A stretch of 64,000 bases of DNA from a virus. Lineage: Duplodnaviria > Heunggongvirae > Uroviricota > Caudoviricetes. Shown piece by piece: positions 60,848 to 64,000 of the stretch (position 1 is the first letter of the stretch; each line of letters starts with the position of its first letter). Made by a program: the position numbers and the translations under genes. The notes under the pieces are model-generated. The model searched no databases, was not told the DNA's origin, and saw nothing but the letters and a program-made list of their open reading frames with translations. The DNA lies in IMG/VR virus record IMGVR_UViG_2563366960_000002; one strand, written 5' to 3'.

Positions 60848-63835
60848 ATGAGCTTAAGCGATCAGGTGGTAATGGCCACCAGCATAGAAACGCTGATCGA
60901 GCTGCTAAAGAACCTGCCCGATTATGGGCGGGTTTCGTATGTGGTGACAGCGAAGGGAGACGAGGTAAAAACAGCGTTTGATATCGTCGATGCCTCAGCT
61001 CTTTTGGTATCCAATACTCTGGATGGGAAAATTAATCCTGACTATCCCCAGGAACTTCAGCCGCGCGACCGGACCCGCGCATCCAGCCTTCTTCAGGTTA
61101 ACCAGATATCCAAAGATTTGCGGCCTGCTCAGCTTACTGATTCCGGTTTATCCAGCCATGGCGCGCCGATAATTGGTGAGGATAATGCCGTTGAGTCAGG
61201 TAATGGACGGACCATGGGGATCATCAAAGCCTATCAGGACGGCAATGCGGATCGGTATCGTGAGTACCTGATTGATCATGCGACCGAATTCGGCATACGA
61301 CCTGAAAAGGTTGAATCAATGACGGCTCCGGTACTGGTGCGCCGCCGGTTAACTAAGGTTGACCGCGTTCAGTTTGCCAAGGACTCAAATATTTCTGATC
61401 TTCAGGAAATGGCAGCCAGTGAAAAGGCTTTTGTTGATGCCGACAGCATAACACCGGCGATGATGGCGCTTTTTAACCCGTCAGAAAGCGGAGATCTGCT
61501 TAGCCGCAGTAATGACGCGTTTATTCGCGGATTTATGACGCAAGTTGGTGCCACACAGGCGGCTGGCCTTGTAACTGAAGATGGGCGACCAACACGGCAA
61601 CTTGTTGACCGTATACAAAACGCGATCTTTGCCAAGGCATATAAGGATGCGCGCCTGGTAAGGATGGTTGCAGAAGAACCTGATCCGGATATGCGTAATG
61701 TTCTGACGGCGCTTAATGCGGCAGCCAATGATTTTGTCCAGATGCAGGCTTTATCAGGAGAAGCGCACAAGCAGGCTGTGACAACTATTGTTGATGGCAT
61801 TGAGACAGCGGATAGCCTCGATAAAAAGGCGCTGGCGGCATTGAAAGATGCGGTAGACCTGGTAAGGCAATCGAAGGAGTCAGGCCAGCATATTACCGAT
61901 GTTATTGCTCAGGGGGATATGTTCAGCGAAACGGCCCCGGAAGTGAAAGCACTCGCGTTGTTCATCGTCGCGAATAACCGTAGCGCGAAGCGTATGGCCA
62001 CCGCCTTTAAGTTGATGGCGCAACGTATCAATGATGAGTTACAGCACCAGGGCCAGGCGCTCGGGGATATGTTTGGCGGCGGCGATGTGTCGTTACAGGA
62101 TATCCTTCGCCAAGTATCTCAGGAACTGGAAAACGAAGGTATGCAAGGGATATCTGGCGGTCTTTTCGAGTCAGCTTCTGGCGGTAGTTACAACGGTGTT
62201 GCTCCATATACCAGCTTGCTATTACATCGGGCATCCGGCATCAAAGACATTATTCATCTGATCAGGCTGCTTTCCCGTACAGATCCCCAGGATGAACAGC
62301 TTGTTCAAGTGCTTGCGCATTTTGTTCGAATGCCTGTTGCCGACGTGAAAAAATGGTGCCGATTATTCGGTATCAGCAATTCGTTACTTCGCGGATTGTT
62401 AAATCACGCATCCTCCCTTGGGCGCGACGGCTTTGATGAGATAGCGCAGGCGATAAAAAACGGAGATATGCCACCAGCTATTGACTGGTTTTCCATTCGC
62501 CCAACCAGGGTGAAAGCATTCCTTAGCGCGGCGCATTCGGTATCACCATTGGCAGAAATGGTTCAGAGGTTGTCGCTCATATTCACAGACCATACCGCGT
62601 TGGGTGATCTGACTCTGGACGAGATGAAAGAAGCCTCCATTCAGTGGGCCGATCAACAAAATGAGGTTAACTCTGACTTCTTGCCAGCATTCAGGAAGGC
62701 CGTTAGTAAAGCGGATGATGCCCGTGGAATTCTGAAGGCATTTAAGGCATTGCAAAGTCGGGTTAATAAACATGTCGGTGATATCGATGGGGTAACGGCG
62801 GAAGGCAGGGATATCCTTAAAGAGCACGGCATAACGCCAGAGTTTATTGATGAGATCAGGACGGATATGCAGCGTGAGGTCGTATCGTCCCTGCAAATCG
62901 TAGCCAGAGCGTTGGCGGATGCTAATCCGAAGAGTGCGGCCATTGTTAACCGGGTTATTGGTGATATTGAAGCATCGGAGGGCATGGGGGCGCTGAAACT
63001 CTTCCTTTCGCGAGCGTTTAATCCTAACGGCAATATTCTCCCTGGCATTATTGGTGAGGCTAAAAAGTATGTCAGTGAAGAAGAACTTGAGCAGCTTGAC
63101 CAACTACTTAAGCGATTCTCATATAACCCGCAGACACGCTGGCAAATGAATCAGCGAAGTATGGGTTCGGTCCACGAGAAAGTGTTATCTGCCATGAACA
63201 GTGCGATCGCAAACTCATCCGTATCTGAAGAAAAAGCTCTTGAGTGGGCCGACTCTTTTATCACGGAAGAAGTGGAAGAAGCCCGCGCTGGACAGAATGG
63301 TGGGATAGACCTGCGCAAGGAACTTGCTGATATTTATCGCCTGACCGGTGGGAAAATATCGACCTTATCAAAGGTGGTTCACCACCAGGGAAGGGCATAT
63401 GCAAATCTTAATGGTGTTGTTGCTGTCAATTTGAACGATGAAAATGCAAGTGCACTGTGGCACGAGCTGGGTCATCATCTTGAGTACAGTAACCCTGGTT
63501 TGTTAGAGAAAGCCCGGTCATTCCTGAAGGCCAATGTTGAAGGGGATAAGCCATCTTTCGTCAATATCGGTGGGCGTGGCAAGCCTGAATGGTGCTTCAG
63601 ATCTCGATTGAGTAATATTTATATGGCGAAGGTATACCCGCCAGCCTCAGTAAGTAACACCGGGAAAATTCGGCAGAAATCACCGACTATTTCCAAAACG
63701 TCAGCAACGGAAGTATTCTCTATGGCTCTTCAGTTGTATCATGACAAAGAGGCCGCTGCCGCATCACTGATGAATGGTGACGGATTGCTGGAACTGTTAT
63801 TAGGTGTGGCAAAGGAGCTAAATAATGCAGATTAA
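60848..63835 (+). CDS. ddrB: DdrB-like large antirestriction/head protein
   Basis: 995-aa ORF following ddrA; size consistent with the 108-kDa P1 DdrB. Confidence 0.55.
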   Translation: MSLSDQVVMATSIETLIELLKNLPDYGRVSYVVTAKGDEVKTAFDIVDASALLVSNTLDGKINPDYPQELQPRDRTRASSLLQVNQISKDLRPAQLTDSGLSSHGAPIIGEDNAVESGNGRTMGIIKAYQDGNADRYREYLIDHATEFGIRPEKVESMTAPVLVRRRLTKVDRVQFAKDSNISDLQEMAASEKAFVDADSITPAMMALFNPSESGDLLSRSNDAFIRGFMTQVGATQAAGLVTEDGRPTRQLVDRIQNAIFAKAYKDARLVRMVAEEPDPDMRNVLTALNAAANDFVQMQALSGEAHKQAVTTIVDGIETADSLDKKALAALKDAVDLVRQSKESGQHITDVIAQGDMFSETAPEVKALALFIVANNRSAKRMATAFKLMAQRINDELQHQGQALGDMFGGGDVSLQDILRQVSQELENEGMQGISGGLFESASGGSYNGVAPYTSLLLHRASGIKDIIHLIRLLSRTDPQDEQLVQVLAHFVRMPVADVKKWCRLFGISNSLLRGLLNHASSLGRDGFDEIAQAIKNGDMPPAIDWFSIRPTRVKAFLSAAHSVSPLAEMVQRLSLIFTDHTALGDLTLDEMKEASIQWADQQNEVNSDFLPAFRKAVSKADDARGILKAFKALQSRVNKHVGDIDGVTAEGRDILKEHGITPEFIDEIRTDMQREVVSSLQIVARALADANPKSAAIVNRVIGDIEASEGMGALKLFLSRAFNPNGNILPGIIGEAKKYVSEEELEQLDQLLKRFSYNPQTRWQMNQRSMGSVHEKVLSAMNSAIANSSVSEEKALEWADSFITEEVEEARAGQNGGIDLRKELADIYRLTGGKISTLSKVVHHQGRAYANLNGVVAVNLNDENASALWHELGHHLEYSNPGLLEKARSFLKANVEGDKPSFVNIGGRGKPEWCFRSRLSNIYMAKVYPPASVSNTGKIRQKSPTISKTSATEVFSMALQLYHDKEAAAASLMNGDGLLELLLGVAKELNNAD

Positions 63836-64000
63836 AATCGCAGCGCCATTAGGCGGAGATGCCATTATCGAATTTGATGATAATGAAGAAGTTTCCGGGC
63901 GTTTAAGCATTATCTCCGGTGACATTACCGAGGACATGATCGCTGAAGCCATAGCTGGGGCAAATCCCAATAGCTATATGGGATTCGTTAACACCCTTGA
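63825..64000 (+). CDS. 5' part of a further coupled gene (truncated by window end)
   Basis: ATG with AAGGAG RBS overlapping the ddrB stop; reading frame open to the window edge. Confidence 0.4.
   Translation, partial: MQIKIAAPLGGDAIIEFDDNEEVSGRLSIISGDITEDMIAEAIAGANPNSYMGFVNTL

Overview
The whole 64-kb window reads as one contiguous stretch of a P1-like temperate phage-plasmid (a myovirus that lysogenises as a low-copy plasmid), in inverted orientation relative to the usual P1 map. No chromosomal flank, integrase or att site is visible. All names are assigned from motif reading and from memory of the P1 literature; no database search was possible. CDS coordinates follow the supplied ORF track except where an internal start with a ribosome-binding site is clearly better; coordinates of RNA and DNA sites are approximate to within a few nucleotides. 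Left to right: (1) a leftward block of early/accessory genes (ASCH protein, HAD phosphatase, coiled-coil protein, DxD Rossmann protein, lambda-type Ser/Thr phosphatase, two paralogous sialyltransferase-like proteins, VRR-NUC nuclease, TraR-like zinc finger), with C1-repressor operators; (2) a rightward late operon ending in a gpV-like baseplate spike protein; (3) a GT-B glycosyltransferase, the Ban (DnaB-type) helicase, an SPFH lipoprotein and five tRNA genes (Ile2/Met-CAU, Ser-UGA, Thr-UGU, Tyr-GUA, Arg-UCU) interspersed with tRNA-fragment-like hairpin repeats, all downstream of a perfect-consensus C1 operator; (4) the fused C5-cytosine/N6-adenine methyltransferase Dmt with an RdgC-like gene; (5) a PAAR-like gene and a spanin-like pair; (6) the plasmid maintenance module oriR-repA-incA-parA-parB-parS; (7) major head, sheath and other virion genes; (8) an AT-rich block with an orphan ParA-like ATPase; (9) the lytic replicon and immunity region repL-kilA-ant-icd-c4; (10) an AT-rich three-gene membrane/periplasmic cassette at the position where P1 carries its sim genes; (11) the sit/baseplate/tail-fibre late operons with the Cin-invertible segment (S, U, U', Sv', cin); (12) the lydA-lydB-hdf-darA-ddrA-ddrB antirestriction operon. 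The best candidates for something not previously described are the AT-rich cargo cassettes (39.6-41.6 kb, 33.4-35.8 kb, 56.8-57.1 kb), the glycosyltransferase-like gene set and the tRNA-island hairpin repeats. I cannot tell from sequence alone which of these are simply uncharacterised P1 backbone genes.
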